Positions 8,983 to 18,986 of a stretch of DNA of 64,000 nucleotides are shown here, piece after piece. The stretch covers positions 512,001-576,000 of the forward strand of contig OZ245842.1 of the NCBI GenBank assembly GCA_965228895.1, given 5' to 3'. Source of the DNA: Alphaproteobacteria bacterium. GTDB lineage: Bacteria > Pseudomonadota > Alphaproteobacteria > SP197. The notes beneath the pieces were generated by a model that did no database searches, had not been told where the DNA came from, and worked only from the letters and a program-made list of their open reading frames with translations. The stretch's first letter is position 1. Every line of letters starts with the position of its first letter. The translations under genes were made by a program, and so were the position numbers.

Positions 8983-11403
8983 ATGAAATCCCACGCCCAA
9001 GTGGTCGTCATTGGCGGCGGCGCGGTCGGTACCGCGATCCTCTACCACCTGGCTGTAGGCGGCATCACCGACACGCTTTTGCTTGAGAAGGACGAACTGA
9101 CGGCGGGTTCAACGTGGCATGCGGCCGGCAACATCCCGACCTACGCGAACTCCTGGCTTGGCATGCGTGCCGGCAATTACGCCTGGCGGCTCTACAAGGA
9201 TCTGAGCGAGGCGGTCGACAGTCCGATCACCTACCGCCACACGGGCGCCTTCTGGCCGGCTCACACGTCGGAACGCATGGCGCTGTTTCATCACCTGACC
9301 GGCGTTTCGCGCAGTGCCGGATTTGATCTTCAGATCTTGTCGCCGACTGAGATGGAGGCCTTGCACCCCTATTGGCAGGCCGATGACACGGTCTTGGGCG
9401 GTATCTTCGATCCTTATGAGGGCGATATCGATCCCAGCCAACTGACCCAGGCGCTGGCCAAGGGCGCCCGCGATCTGGGCGCCGAGATCGCACGTTTCAC
9501 GCCGGTGACCGGTCTCGCCCAGCGGTCATCCGGCGAGTGGGATGTCAAGACGGAGAAGGGGGACGTGACCGCCGGCATCGTGATCAACGCGGCGGGTTTC
9601 TATGGCGCGAAGATAGCCGCGATGACAGGCCAGCATCTGCCCGTCACGACGCTGGAGCACCAATACCTCGTGACCGATCCCGTGGAGTCTCTGAAGCAGG
9701 ACCCATCGCTTTTTCCGCTCGTCCGTGATCCCGACATTCGTTTCTATCTGCGCCGCGAGGGCAACGGTTTCCTGTTCGGCTCATACGGTCACGCCGGCCG
9801 CCCGGCCTGGCCGGACGGACCGCCCGATGACTTCGCCCATCAACTCTTCCCCGACAGCGTCGACGACATCTTGGACGTTCTCGAAGAAACACTCGTCCAC
9901 GTGCCTATCCTGGGCGAGGCGGGCGCGCAGCGGTTCGTCAATGGCCCCATTGCCTACGCGCCTGATGCCCTGCCGCTGGTCGGGCCGGCGGGCGGTCTCG
10001 AGAACTTCTACCACGCGACGGGCGTTCAGATCGGCATCACCCAATCGGCGGCGATCGGCAAGGCGATGGCCGAGTGGATCACAGAAGGCGAGACGGAATG
10101 GGATCTCGCCGCCTGGGATCCCCGACGATTTGATTCCTGGGCAAGTCATCACTATGCGTCCCGCCGCGCCTGTGAACTCTATGAGCTGCAGTACGCGATT
10201 CCCTACCCCCACCGGATCCTGAAATCCGCGCGCCCGGTCCAGGTGACGCCGCTCTATGACACGTTGGTGGAGCGCGGCGCGGTGATGGGCCAGATCGCCG
10301 GATGGGAGCGCGCTTTCTGGTTTAAGCGCGATGGCGCGACCGATTCCGGCGCACTGAGCTTCGGCGACGAACCCTGGCACGCCGCCGTTCGCGCGGAATG
10401 CCAGACCGTGCGCGATGCGGTCGGTGTCATGGATCACGGCGGTTTCACCAAGTACACGGTCGGGGGTCCTGGCGCCGAAGCCTACCTGTCGCGTGTCTTC
10501 TGCGGTGGCATCCCGAAGCCCGGCCGTGTCCGGTTGAGCTACATGCTGACACCCAAGGGCCGCATCTTGTCGGAGGCGACGATTGCGCGGCTTGCAGACG
10601 ACCGATTTCTGCTCTGCGGACCGACGCTTGCCGACCAGCGGGACTTTGACTGGCTGACGCAACACCTGCCGGACGATGCTAGCGTGAAATTGGAACGCGG
10701 TGCACGGCACGACGCGGCGTTGATGGTCATGGGCCCGAAATCGCGTGACCTGCTGGCACCTCTGACCAATGCGGATCTCGGTGCCGATGCGGCGCCATGG
10801 ATGAGCGTTGCCGAAATCGATCTCGCCGGTGTTCCGGTAACGGCGATGCGTGTCTCCTATGTCGGTGAGCTCGGTTGGGAATTGCACCTGGCCGCGTCCG
10901 ATCTAACGGAACTTTACGGGGCCGTGTGCGAAGCCGGCGATCATCATGGCCTCTGCGACTTCGGCTCTTACGCGCTCAACGCCATGCGGATCGAAAAGGG
11001 CTATCACGGCTGGGGCACAGATTTTGGCGTCGAGTACACGTTATTCGATGCGGGGCTTGGGCGTTTTGCCAATCTCGAGAAGATCAGCTTCGTCGGACGC
11101 GATGCTGTCGTCGCGCAGGTCCAATCAGTGCCGGACTGGTCCTTTATTGGGCTGGAGATCCTTGATCCCGGCCCCGACGCGCTCGCCAGCGATCCCATCG
11201 TCAGAGATGGCACATGGATCGGCTACATCACCTCCTGCAGCATGGGTTTCCGCACGGAAAAACATCTGGCGCTCGGCTATGTGCGATCGGGAAGTGTGGC
11301 CATAGGCGATCGTTGTGTGGTCTCGATCTTCGGAGAAGAGCGCACGGCCGTGTGCCATTCTCCTCACGTCTACGATCCCGACAACCAACGGCTCCGCGCC
11401 TAG
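8983..11403 (+). CDS. FAD-dependent oxidoreductase with GcvT domain (dimethylglycine dehydrogenase-like)
   Basis: VIGGGAVG, LTAGSTWHAAG, RVSYVGELGWELH, AMRIEKGY. Confidence 0.9.
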   Translation: MKSHAQVVVIGGGAVGTAILYHLAVGGITDTLLLEKDELTAGSTWHAAGNIPTYANSWLGMRAGNYAWRLYKDLSEAVDSPITYRHTGAFWPAHTSERMALFHHLTGVSRSAGFDLQILSPTEMEALHPYWQADDTVLGGIFDPYEGDIDPSQLTQALAKGARDLGAEIARFTPVTGLAQRSSGEWDVKTEKGDVTAGIVINAAGFYGAKIAAMTGQHLPVTTLEHQYLVTDPVESLKQDPSLFPLVRDPDIRFYLRREGNGFLFGSYGHAGRPAWPDGPPDDFAHQLFPDSVDDILDVLEETLVHVPILGEAGAQRFVNGPIAYAPDALPLVGPAGGLENFYHATGVQIGITQSAAIGKAMAEWITEGETEWDLAAWDPRRFDSWASHHYASRRACELYELQYAIPYPHRILKSARPVQVTPLYDTLVERGAVMGQIAGWERAFWFKRDGATDSGALSFGDEPWHAAVRAECQTVRDAVGVMDHGGFTKYTVGGPGAEAYLSRVFCGGIPKPGRVRLSYMLTPKGRILSEATIARLADDRFLLCGPTLADQRDFDWLTQHLPDDASVKLERGARHDAALMVMGPKSRDLLAPLTNADLGADAAPWMSVAEIDLAGVPVTAMRVSYVGELGWELHLAASDLTELYGAVCEAGDHHGLCDFGSYALNAMRIEKGYHGWGTDFGVEYTLFDAGLGRFANLEKISFVGRDAVVAQVQSVPDWSFIGLEILDPGPDALASDPIVRDGTWIGYITSCSMGFRTEKHLALGYVRSGSVAIGDRCVVSIFGEERTAVCHSPHVYDPDNQRLRA

Positions 11404-11480
11404 AGCGGATCATGGTTAGATGGAACCGCTTAACGGTTCCATCTAACCATGTGAATCCGCTCTTTATCGATCTGCTCTAG
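11400..11480. repeat. Palindromic CTAGAGC-ended REP/RIME-like element (short copy)
   Basis: CTAGAGCGGATCATGGTTAGATGGAACCG..CGGTTCCATCTAACCATGTGAATCCGCTCT..GATCTGCTCTAG. Related to copies at 30443 and 34318. Confidence 0.8.
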
Positions 11481-11492
11481 CCGGTCAAACCG

Positions 11493-12410
11493 TCAGAACC
11501 CGCCTTTAGGTGATGTGCACCACTCCACGAGATGCTGCGCCGTCGTTACGACTGGCCCGACGTCGGGCTCGTCGCCGCGCGAGACCGCCTGCCATGGGAT
11601 CATGATGCCGTCGGCGCCCACCTGCATGGCGGCAATGCGCCCGCTGTCGATATGGGGACGCATCGCCCAGCCTGCGAGAACGCTGGTGCCTTGGCCGGCG
11701 GCGACCAGTTCGACAATCGCCTCGGGCAGTTCGACGGTAGCGCCCCATCGCGGGTAGTAACCCTCGGCGCGGAACAGGCGCGCGAACTCGCGGTCGGGTT
11801 CCGGTACTTTGGTGTAGGTGATAAAGGTCTCGCCTTCGATATCCTCGCCCCCGATATAGGCCTTGCCGGCCAGCCGGTGGTCCGGCGGCGTGATGAAGAG
11901 CAGGGGATCGTCGAACAAGGGCCAGTGCCGTGCCTCGCGTAACGATGCCTCACCGGACATCACGACAAGATCAACCTGGCGGTTGGAGAGTGCCTGCAGC
12001 GGATCGCGTCCGGCTGCGGCCATGACCTGAATGTCGATACCACTCGTCTTGCCGTGAAAGTAGGTCAGAAATCCCGGCAGCCAGTGATAGGAGCTGTAAG
12101 CCTCGACGGCGACGCGGACAATGTGGTCCATGCCGTTGTTCATGCGCCGGACGTCGGCTTCGACACGTTCCATCTCGACCAGCCAGCGGTCGCTGGCATC
12201 GGCCAAGTACTCGGCCGCCGCGGTCATGCGGAGCCGCTTGTGCAGGCGCTCGAAAAGGCGCACGCCAAGCCGGCGCTCCGCCTCCTTGATGCGGTGCGAC
12301 AAGGCCGATGGTGTCAGGCCCAATTCGTCGGCCGCGTCGGTCACGCGCCCGGTGCGTCCGATCGCCCGGATCATCTGCAAATGGCGCAAGTCGAGGAGAG
12401 GTTCGGGCAT
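11493..12410 (-). CDS. LysR-family regulator (MetR-like)
   Basis: N-terminal HTH TDAADELGLTPSALSHRIKEAE; divergent from 12516. Confidence 0.9.
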   Translation of the reverse strand: MPEPLLDLRHLQMIRAIGRTGRVTDAADELGLTPSALSHRIKEAERRLGVRLFERLHKRLRMTAAAEYLADASDRWLVEMERVEADVRRMNNGMDHIVRVAVEAYSSYHWLPGFLTYFHGKTSGIDIQVMAAAGRDPLQALSNRQVDLVVMSGEASLREARHWPLFDDPLLFITPPDHRLAGKAYIGGEDIEGETFITYTKVPEPDREFARLFRAEGYYPRWGATVELPEAIVELVAAGQGTSVLAGWAMRPHIDSGRIAAMQVGADGIMIPWQAVSRGDEPDVGPVVTTAQHLVEWCTSPKGGF

Positions 12411-12515
12411 CAGTCTGGCTGAATTTCATTCACCTAAACACCCTAATGTTGTTATTGCGGGTCAGTCAAACATCAAAAAGACTACGGTCCTGAGTGTTAT
12501 TGGGAGTTAAGATCC

Positions 12516-13859
12516 ATGGCCACGTCACCATCTGTTGCCGTCAATCCCGCAAGCCAGGACACCGCCATGGCGCCGACGCAGAAGACCGACGCCGAACGCG
12601 ATCTGATCGAGCGCGCCGCGCGGGTTCTGCCCGCTGGCGGGTTCGGTAACTTCGATCCCTCTGTTGTCATTCGAGAGGGCCGTGGCGGGCGCGTCTGGGA
12701 TGAGAGTGGCAACGAGTATGTCGATTTCCTGCTCGGCTCCGGTCCCATGTTGGTCGGCCACGGCAATCCCGAGGTCATCGAGGCGGTCGAGGAACAGCTG
12801 CGCCGCGGCGTCACCTTCTTTGCTTCCAACGCCGCCGGGATCGAACTGGCCGAGGCGATCTGCGAGGCCGTGCCGTGTGCCGAACAGCTGCGCTATGTCA
12901 GCACCGGGTCGGAAGCCGACATGTACGCCATCCGGCTCGCCCGCGCCCATACCGGCCGCAGCAAGATCCTGAAGTTCGAAGGCGGTTATCACGGCATGTC
13001 CGGCGAGGCATTGATGAGTCTCGCACCGCAACGGCTGGAGAACTTCCCGCAGGCTGTGCCCGACTCCGCCGGCATTCCTGAAGCCGTGCGCGATAGCGTG
13101 ATCGTCGCGCCGTTCAACGACGCGGACTTTGCCCGGCAGCTGATCGAAGAATATGCCGACGAGATCGCCGGCGTCATCGTCGAGCCGCTGCAGCGTCTGA
13201 TCCCTCCGGCGCCGGGTTTCCTTGAGACGTTGCGCGAGGAGACGACGAAACACGGCATCGTTCTCATCTTTGACGAGGTGGTGACCGGCTTTCGCCTCGC
13301 CTATGGCGGCGGCCAAGAACGCTATGGCATCACGCCGGACATCTGCACGCTCGGCAAGGTGATCGGCGGCGGTTTTCCGCTTGCCACGATCGCGGGCCGG
13401 GCCGAATTCATGGCGCATTTCGATAAGGCGAAGGTCGGGTCCGAGGGCTTTACGTTTCAGGTCGGCACGCTCAGCGGCAATCCTGTCGCCGCCGTGGCGG
13501 GCCTCAAGACGCTTGAGATCCTGCGCCGTTCCGGAAGTTACGAGCGGATGCGCGAGACCGGCCGGACGATCATGGCGGCGCTCCATGATCGCCTGACCCG
13601 TGTCGGCATAGCACACCAAATTGTCGGCGACGCCGTTCTCTTTGACGTCGTCTTCACGGACCGGCCGGTCAGGGACTATCGCGATGTGCTTAGCGCTGAC
13701 GCCGGATCGCTGAAGACCTTCAACGCGGTTCTGCGCGAGCGCAGGATTCTTAAATCCGAGGGAAAATTTTACATCTCGCTCGCCCATGATGCCGATGATG
13801 TCGCGCACACGGTGCAGGCGATTACCGCGGCCGCCGATCGGCTTGGTGAGGCGACATGA
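12516..13859 (+). CDS. Class III aminotransferase (glutamate-1-semialdehyde aminomutase-like)
   Basis: KFEGGYHG, LIFDEVVTGFR, LGKVIGGGFP, GTLSGNP. Confidence 0.88.
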   Translation: MATSPSVAVNPASQDTAMAPTQKTDAERDLIERAARVLPAGGFGNFDPSVVIREGRGGRVWDESGNEYVDFLLGSGPMLVGHGNPEVIEAVEEQLRRGVTFFASNAAGIELAEAICEAVPCAEQLRYVSTGSEADMYAIRLARAHTGRSKILKFEGGYHGMSGEALMSLAPQRLENFPQAVPDSAGIPEAVRDSVIVAPFNDADFARQLIEEYADEIAGVIVEPLQRLIPPAPGFLETLREETTKHGIVLIFDEVVTGFRLAYGGGQERYGITPDICTLGKVIGGGFPLATIAGRAEFMAHFDKAKVGSEGFTFQVGTLSGNPVAAVAGLKTLEILRRSGSYERMRETGRTIMAALHDRLTRVGIAHQIVGDAVLFDVVFTDRPVRDYRDVLSADAGSLKTFNAVLRERRILKSEGKFYISLAHDADDVAHTVQAITAAADRLGEAT

Positions 13860-14773
13860 CGACGTTCGAACCCTATCGTGGCGTCATCGCGCCCAACCTG
13901 ACACCCTTCAACGACGATCTCAGCATCGCGTCGGATCTCTACGTCGCCCACGGCAAGGCGCTGTTGGACGGGCCCTGCGTCGCGCTGGCGCCGTTCGGCA
14001 CGACCGGCGAGGCGCTCTCGGTCGCGTCCGACGAACGCATTGCCGCGATCAAGGCGCTGATCGATGCCGGCGTCGACCCGCAGCGTCTGGTGCCGGGAAC
14101 CGGACTAACCAACCTGCCGGAGACCGTACAGCTGTCGCAGGCATGTCTGGACATGGGCTGCGCCGCCGTCATGACGCTGCCGCCGTTCTACTTCAAGGGT
14201 GTCTCCGACGACGGCCTCTATGCCTACTTCGCGGAGCTGATTGCACGTATCGATCGCGCGGCGTGCCGCATCTTCCTCTACCACATCCCTCAGGTTGCCG
14301 GCGTCGGTATCCCGACTGCGGTCGCCGCCCGGTTACGCCGCGACTTCCCGGGCGAGATCGTTGGCATCAAAGACAGCTCCGGTGACTGGGACAACACAAG
14401 GGCGCTACTCAATATCGACGGGTTGATTGTCTATCCCGGCTCGGAACTGCCGCTCTTCGAGGCAATGGCGCTGGGCGCGCCGGGCTGCATCTCGGCCACG
14501 GCAAACCTGAATGGGGCGGCCATCGCCGAGGTGATCGCACTCATTGAGCACGGAGATATGGACACCGCCAAGTCCAAGTTTGGGCACGTCCGCGACGTCC
14601 GCATGATGTTTCAACACTACGCGCCCATCCCAGCACAAAAGCGACTTCTGGCGATGGCAACAGGCGAAAAGCGCTGGGCCAACGTGCGCCCACCACTCCA
14701 GGCCATGGATGAAGAAGCCGGTCAAACGCTGGCACGTGACCTGAGGCCGGGGTTGGTTGTTCAACACGCTTGA
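13856..14773 (+). CDS. Dihydrodipicolinate synthase/N-acetylneuraminate lyase family aldolase
   Basis: GTTGE, LYHIPQ, GIKDSSG (Schiff-base Lys). Confidence 0.88.
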   Translation: MTTFEPYRGVIAPNLTPFNDDLSIASDLYVAHGKALLDGPCVALAPFGTTGEALSVASDERIAAIKALIDAGVDPQRLVPGTGLTNLPETVQLSQACLDMGCAAVMTLPPFYFKGVSDDGLYAYFAELIARIDRAACRIFLYHIPQVAGVGIPTAVAARLRRDFPGEIVGIKDSSGDWDNTRALLNIDGLIVYPGSELPLFEAMALGAPGCISATANLNGAAIAEVIALIEHGDMDTAKSKFGHVRDVRMMFQHYAPIPAQKRLLAMATGEKRWANVRPPLQAMDEEAGQTLARDLRPGLVVQHA

Positions 14774-14818
14774 GACGTGTTGAGAACACTGCAAACAGCT
14801 TTGCCGCCTAAGGCGCAC

Positions 14819-15072
14819 TTCCCTGATACGGCACAAAAACTCCCTGATCGGTGACGAGGTTTCCCTGTTCGGTTGTTTAGGGAACTCTACTTTAGTCTAT
14901 TGAAATGACTGCCGGACCTTGGCCGTAAAACACAGATTTCGCCGAAAGCTGCAAAAGTTCCCTGTGTTTTCCCTGTAAACGGGGAAGTCCCCGCAGAGAC
15001 GGGTTCTATCGAGACTGCCCGCACCGCCATTCTCCAGCACCACCATTCTTCATCATGCAGATTATGTGAACA
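14819..15072. mobile_element. Integrative-element end remnant with dif-like site (copy A)
   Basis: Repeated TTCCCTG boxes, CCCTGTAAACGGGGAA, GAGACTGCCCGCACCGCCA, then ATTCTTCATCA-TGCAGA-TTATGTGAACA (15045-15072). Confidence 0.6.
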
Positions 15073-15280
15073 CTACTCCAACTGCGTTGGCCCGGGTGCC
15101 GACGCTTCATACGGCCCTTGCTTCTGACAGGAGTCTCGTGAGTTTGGAAGGGGCGACAGAGCCCTGACAAAGTTCGGTGCGGTAAGCAGCGGGGCCGGCT
15201 GGAAGAATGGCGCCTCGATGGCGGTCTCCGGCAACTTCGAAATCCCAGACTTAAGCCTGCGATCTATTCGCACACGATGT

Positions 15281-15333
15281 TGATTGACACATCAGTCAAC
15301 TGCTGCCTATGGTTTTGACTGATGTGTCAATCA
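15281..15333 (+). promoter_or_regulatory. Sigma70-like promoter with twin TTGAC-N6-GTCAA operator boxes
   Basis: Perfect 19-bp inverted repeat (15281-15299 / 15315-15333). TTGACA (15284) -18 nt- TATGGT (15308). Confidence 0.7.
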
Positions 15334-15448
15334 GGTACGGATAACAGCGTATCGGCGGGCACGCTAAAGGGGCCATTAGCGAGTAAAGAAGCCGGAACAA
15401 CGGGCTCAAAAACGTCCCTGATGCGCACGAAGTAGGGAGGGCGAACCG

Positions 15449-16321
15449 ATGTGTGCGATTTGCGGATGCGGCGGCGACAACCCGGGGGGCCGAACCGGCG
15501 CGCATGATAGCCGCCGTGCCGCCCATCACCACGACCACCACCACAACCACCACCACAACCACGATCACATCCATGCCGCCGGCGCGGCGCTCGACGAGAC
15601 GAACCTTGTCGAAATCGAGAGAGACCTTCTTTCCAAGAACGATCGCTTCGCCGCGGCGAACCGGGATCGCCTTGCCCATGATCGGGTGCTAGCCCTCAAT
15701 CTCGTGTCGAGCCCGGGCGCGGGAAAGACTTCGCTGCTGGTCGAAACGGTCGGGTCGCTCCGCGGCAAGATGCCGGTCGGCGTCATCGAAGGTGACCAGG
15801 AAACCAGCAACGACGCCGAGCGCATTCTCGCCACCGGTGTCGATGCTGTTCAGATCAACACCGGACGTGGCTGCCACCTGGACGCCCACATGGTCGGCCA
15901 TGCCCTGGATGATCTGCCGTCGCTGGCCGGCGGCGTCGTGTTTATTGAAAATGTCGGCAACCTCGTATGCCCGGCCGCCTTCGATCTGGGCGAGGCCGCG
16001 AAGGTCGTGATCCTCTCCGTGACCGAAGGCGACGACAAACCGCTCAAGTATCCCGACATGTTCGCCGCCGCGCAGATGATGATCCTGAGCAAGATCGACC
16101 TTCTGCCCCATGTCGATTTCGATCCCGATCGCGCGCTGGAACGGGCGCGGCGAATCAACCCGAATCTCGATTGTCTGCGGCTTTCGGTACGCAGCGGAGA
16201 TGGCATGACGGCATGGTTCGATTGGATCGAGCAACGCGCTGCTGCTGTCGGCGGTTCGCCGCGGACCACCGGCCGCGACGCATGCCCCGTGACGAAGGGG
16301 GAGGCCCATCGCCATGCATGA
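15449..16321 (+). CDS. hypB: Nickel incorporation GTPase HypB with His-rich N-terminus
   Basis: MCAICGC, poly-His stretch, [33 protein letters not shown]. Confidence 0.95.
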   Translation: MCAICGCGGDNPGGRTGAHDSRRAAHHHDHHHNHHHNHDHIHAAGAALDETNLVEIERDLLSKNDRFAAANRDRLAHDRVLALNLVSSPGAGKTSLLVETVGSLRGKMPVGVIEGDQETSNDAERILATGVDAVQINTGRGCHLDAHMVGHALDDLPSLAGGVVFIENVGNLVCPAAFDLGEAAKVVILSVTEGDDKPLKYPDMFAAAQMMILSKIDLLPHVDFDPDRALERARRINPNLDCLRLSVRSGDGMTAWFDWIEQRAAAVGGSPRTTGRDACPVTKGEAHRHA

Positions 16322-16736
16322 ATTGGCGTTGGCGCGCAGCCTGGTTGAGATGGTCGATGACTACGCCGCGCAGAATGGCGACCAGGTGGTGCGGCGTATC
16401 CATGTCCGGCTGGGTCAAATGTCGGCCATGACGCGCGCCCTCTATTTCTGTTTTGACTCCGTGTCGCGCGGCACGCGTAGCGAAGGCGCCGTGCTCGATA
16501 TCGAAGAGATACCGCTGACCGTCAGGTGCCGCCACTGCGACGAAATCAAGACGCCGAGCGGGCGCTACAACTTCCGTTGTCCCGACTGCGGTATGCCGAC
16601 GCCTGAAATGATCACCGGCCGGGAGATGCAGTTGACCGCGATCGAACTAGGCCCACCGATCACGGCGGTGCCCGCCACCGACTCCGATATGTCTCACACC
16701 CCTCACGGAGAGCCGCATGCCGTCCCAATCTCCTGA
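16314..16736 (+). CDS. hypA: Nickel metallochaperone HypA
   Basis: MHELALA start and two CxxC motifs (CRHC, CPDC). Confidence 0.95.
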   Translation: MHELALARSLVEMVDDYAAQNGDQVVRRIHVRLGQMSAMTRALYFCFDSVSRGTRSEGAVLDIEEIPLTVRCRHCDEIKTPSGRYNFRCPDCGMPTPEMITGREMQLTAIELGPPITAVPATDSDMSHTPHGEPHAVPIS

Positions 16737-17796
16737 CGCCTGGGACTTCGTTCCCCACCAACATCGCGGGCCCCATCGAGAGGTCGAGCCGGACGCCCAC
16801 ATCCGTTCGCCAAGCAAACACAACGGTCCGTTCAAGTCGCCGGGGTTGCGGACCTTTATGGGCGCGCCCTATTGCGAGCCCGACCGCGAGAAGGTTCGCG
16901 CTGCAGGCGCCAAGGTCTGCTTCCTGGGGGCGCCCTGGGATCAGGGCACGATCGTGCGGACCGGCACGTCGAGCGGGCCGGAAGGGGTGCGCGAAGCCTC
17001 GACCCACTACTTCCCTTACATGTTTGAGTACGACGTCGACCTGCTGACGTTCTTCAACGTTGTCGATTGCGGCGACATTCCCATCGTTCCCGGCAACAAC
17101 CCGCTGTCACAGGCCTATATGTGCGACTACGTCACGGAATGCCTGGAAGGCGGCGCCAAGGTCATTCTTGTCGGCGGTGACCATTCGGTGCCGATCCCCG
17201 GCGCGCGGGCGTTGTCGCAGTATCTCGGTCGCCACAAACCCGATGCCACGATGGGGTACCTGCACGTCGACTGTCACCTTGACGCCGCAGTCGATTGGGG
17301 CGGCATCGAAATCACCAACGCGTCGGGACCGCCGGAAGCCCTCAAGCTGCCCAACTGCAACGCCCGGAACATGGCACATATGGGTTCGCGCAACGGTCTC
17401 AATCCCAAGGACTGGCTGGATTTCTGGATCGACAACGATATCCCGATCGTGCCGATGTCCGAGGTCGTGGAGAAGGGTATCGAGCCGTGCACACGGTTCA
17501 TCCTGGACCGGGCGTGGAACGGGACCGAGGCGCTCTACTTCTCCTGGGATACCGATTCCCTTGACGCCAGCTGTATGCCGGGGACCAGTTGTCCTGAGTG
17601 CTACGGCATCAAGGCGCGCGAGGCCATTCAGGTGGCCCGCATTCTAGGCGAGTACGGCGCCGATGTGCTGGAACTGGCGGAACTCGCGCCGGTGTTCGAC
17701 GCCAGCCAGATGAGCACGAAGCTCGCCTGCAACTTGATCTACCACTACCTCGGCAGTCGTGCCGCGACGCTTCGCGACCGTGGCGAGGCGCCATGA
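16717..17796 (+). CDS. Ureohydrolase, catalytic subunit of metformin/dimethylguanidine hydrolase-like enzyme (MfmA/DmgH-alpha-like)
   Basis: Metal motifs GGDHS, DCHLD, WDTD intact. PHQHRGP, YFPYMFEYDVDLL and HMGSRNGLNPKDW match MfmA as I recall it. Confidence 0.8.
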   Translation: MPSQSPDAWDFVPHQHRGPHREVEPDAHIRSPSKHNGPFKSPGLRTFMGAPYCEPDREKVRAAGAKVCFLGAPWDQGTIVRTGTSSGPEGVREASTHYFPYMFEYDVDLLTFFNVVDCGDIPIVPGNNPLSQAYMCDYVTECLEGGAKVILVGGDHSVPIPGARALSQYLGRHKPDATMGYLHVDCHLDAAVDWGGIEITNASGPPEALKLPNCNARNMAHMGSRNGLNPKDWLDFWIDNDIPIVPMSEVVEKGIEPCTRFILDRAWNGTEALYFSWDTDSLDASCMPGTSCPECYGIKAREAIQVARILGEYGADVLELAELAPVFDASQMSTKLACNLIYHYLGSRAATLRDRGEAP

Positions 17797-17848
17797 CCCC
17801 TGCATCAATTCCACTCGCTCAACAATCGTTCCGTCAGGAGACCTGTCC

Positions 17849-18892
17849 ATGAATCCGGCCAAGGCATTCTTGCATCTGTTCTCACCCCTGGGCGGCGACG
17901 ACGCGGATAACTACCGTTCTCCGGGGCAGATTTCGTTCCTGCGCGCACCCTTCGTATCGGTTGACAAGGACGCGCTGCAGAACGCGAACGCAACCTACGC
18001 CTATGTCGGCGCGCCCTATGACGAGGGCAATGTCGGCAAGCCCGGTTGCGAAGACGGCGCACGCGAGTTTCGTGTCGCGTCGCTGGACTATTTTCCTTAC
18101 TGGTTCGAGTTCAACGTCGACCTGCATGGATCGTCCATCGATTGCGGCGATGTCCAGATGCCGCGCGTCAACCCGAAGGTCGCGCACGAGCGTATCTATG
18201 ACACCGTGCGTACTGTTCTTGATGCCGGCCTGACGCCGATTATCTGTGGCGGCGACCGCTCCATCTCGATCCCAGCGGCAAAGGCGCTGTCCGATCATCT
18301 CGGAAAGGACCGCAAGATGGGCTACATGCATCTGGGCGCCCATCTGGACATGGCCGACACCTGGGCAGGCGAAGAGAACGTCAGCACCTGTGCCCTGGCG
18401 CGCATCACCGAACTAGAGAATTTGAACCCGGCGAACGTCGCTCATATCGGCGCCCGGAATTCGTTCAACCCGAAGGACCATCTCGACTTGGTCAAACACC
18501 GTGGCATCCGGTTCCATCCGATGTTCGAGGTCCTTGAGCGGGGTATTGACGACGTTATGGATGAGGCGGTCGAAAACGTCTGGACCGGCACCGATGGCCA
18601 GTACGTCAGCTTCAACTTCAACGTCATGGATTCATCGGCCGCACCTGGCGTTACGGCGACTGAGAGCGGTGGCCTTGAATCCCGGGAAATCATGCGTGTC
18701 GCCGCCAAAATCGCTGATCGTGGCGGACCGGCGGTCATCGACGTAACCGAGCTTTGCCCTATGTTCGACATCAGCGGATCGACATCGCGCATGGCCGTCT
18801 GCGTCGTCCTGCGAATCATGGCCGGCATCGCCGCCAGGGACGGCGCCGTGATCGACGACACCATTCGTCGGCCCGGGTGGCAACACGGCTAA
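17849..18892 (+). CDS. Ureohydrolase-fold non-catalytic subunit (MfmB/DmgH-beta-like)
   Basis: AGGAG RBS then MNPAKAFLHLFSPLGG. Metal ligands degenerate: GGDRS, GAHLD, FNFN. Confidence 0.8.
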   Translation: MNPAKAFLHLFSPLGGDDADNYRSPGQISFLRAPFVSVDKDALQNANATYAYVGAPYDEGNVGKPGCEDGAREFRVASLDYFPYWFEFNVDLHGSSIDCGDVQMPRVNPKVAHERIYDTVRTVLDAGLTPIICGGDRSISIPAAKALSDHLGKDRKMGYMHLGAHLDMADTWAGEENVSTCALARITELENLNPANVAHIGARNSFNPKDHLDLVKHRGIRFHPMFEVLERGIDDVMDEAVENVWTGTDGQYVSFNFNVMDSSAAPGVTATESGGLESREIMRVAAKIADRGGPAVIDVTELCPMFDISGSTSRMAVCVVLRIMAGIAARDGAVIDDTIRRPGWQHG

Positions 18893-18986
18893 CTGAGAGT
18901 GCTCACCCGCCACGGCTCGACCTGTGGCGCGGTCACGAACAAGAAACGTACGAGGCTTCACAACGATCAATAAGGGGAGATGTGGT

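Noticed and set aside
14995-15045. tRNA gene suggested by GGTTC..CCGCCA/CACCA ends (also 25485, 49838)
   Set aside because: No cloverleaf can be built; treated as an element-end motif.
15073-15448. Guanidine riboswitch upstream of the ureohydrolase operon
   Set aside because: I could not find ykkC, mini-ykkC (paired ACGR loops) or ykkC-III consensus by eye; an Rfam scan is needed to exclude it fully.
15525-15572. CAC/AAC tandem repeat as a contingency locus
   Set aside because: Explained by the HypB His-rich Ni-binding tract.
15449-16736. Hydrogenase locus implied by hypBA (and FrhB-like at 46755)
   Set aside because: No hydrogenase structural or hypCDEF genes; hypAB overlap the ureohydrolase operon.
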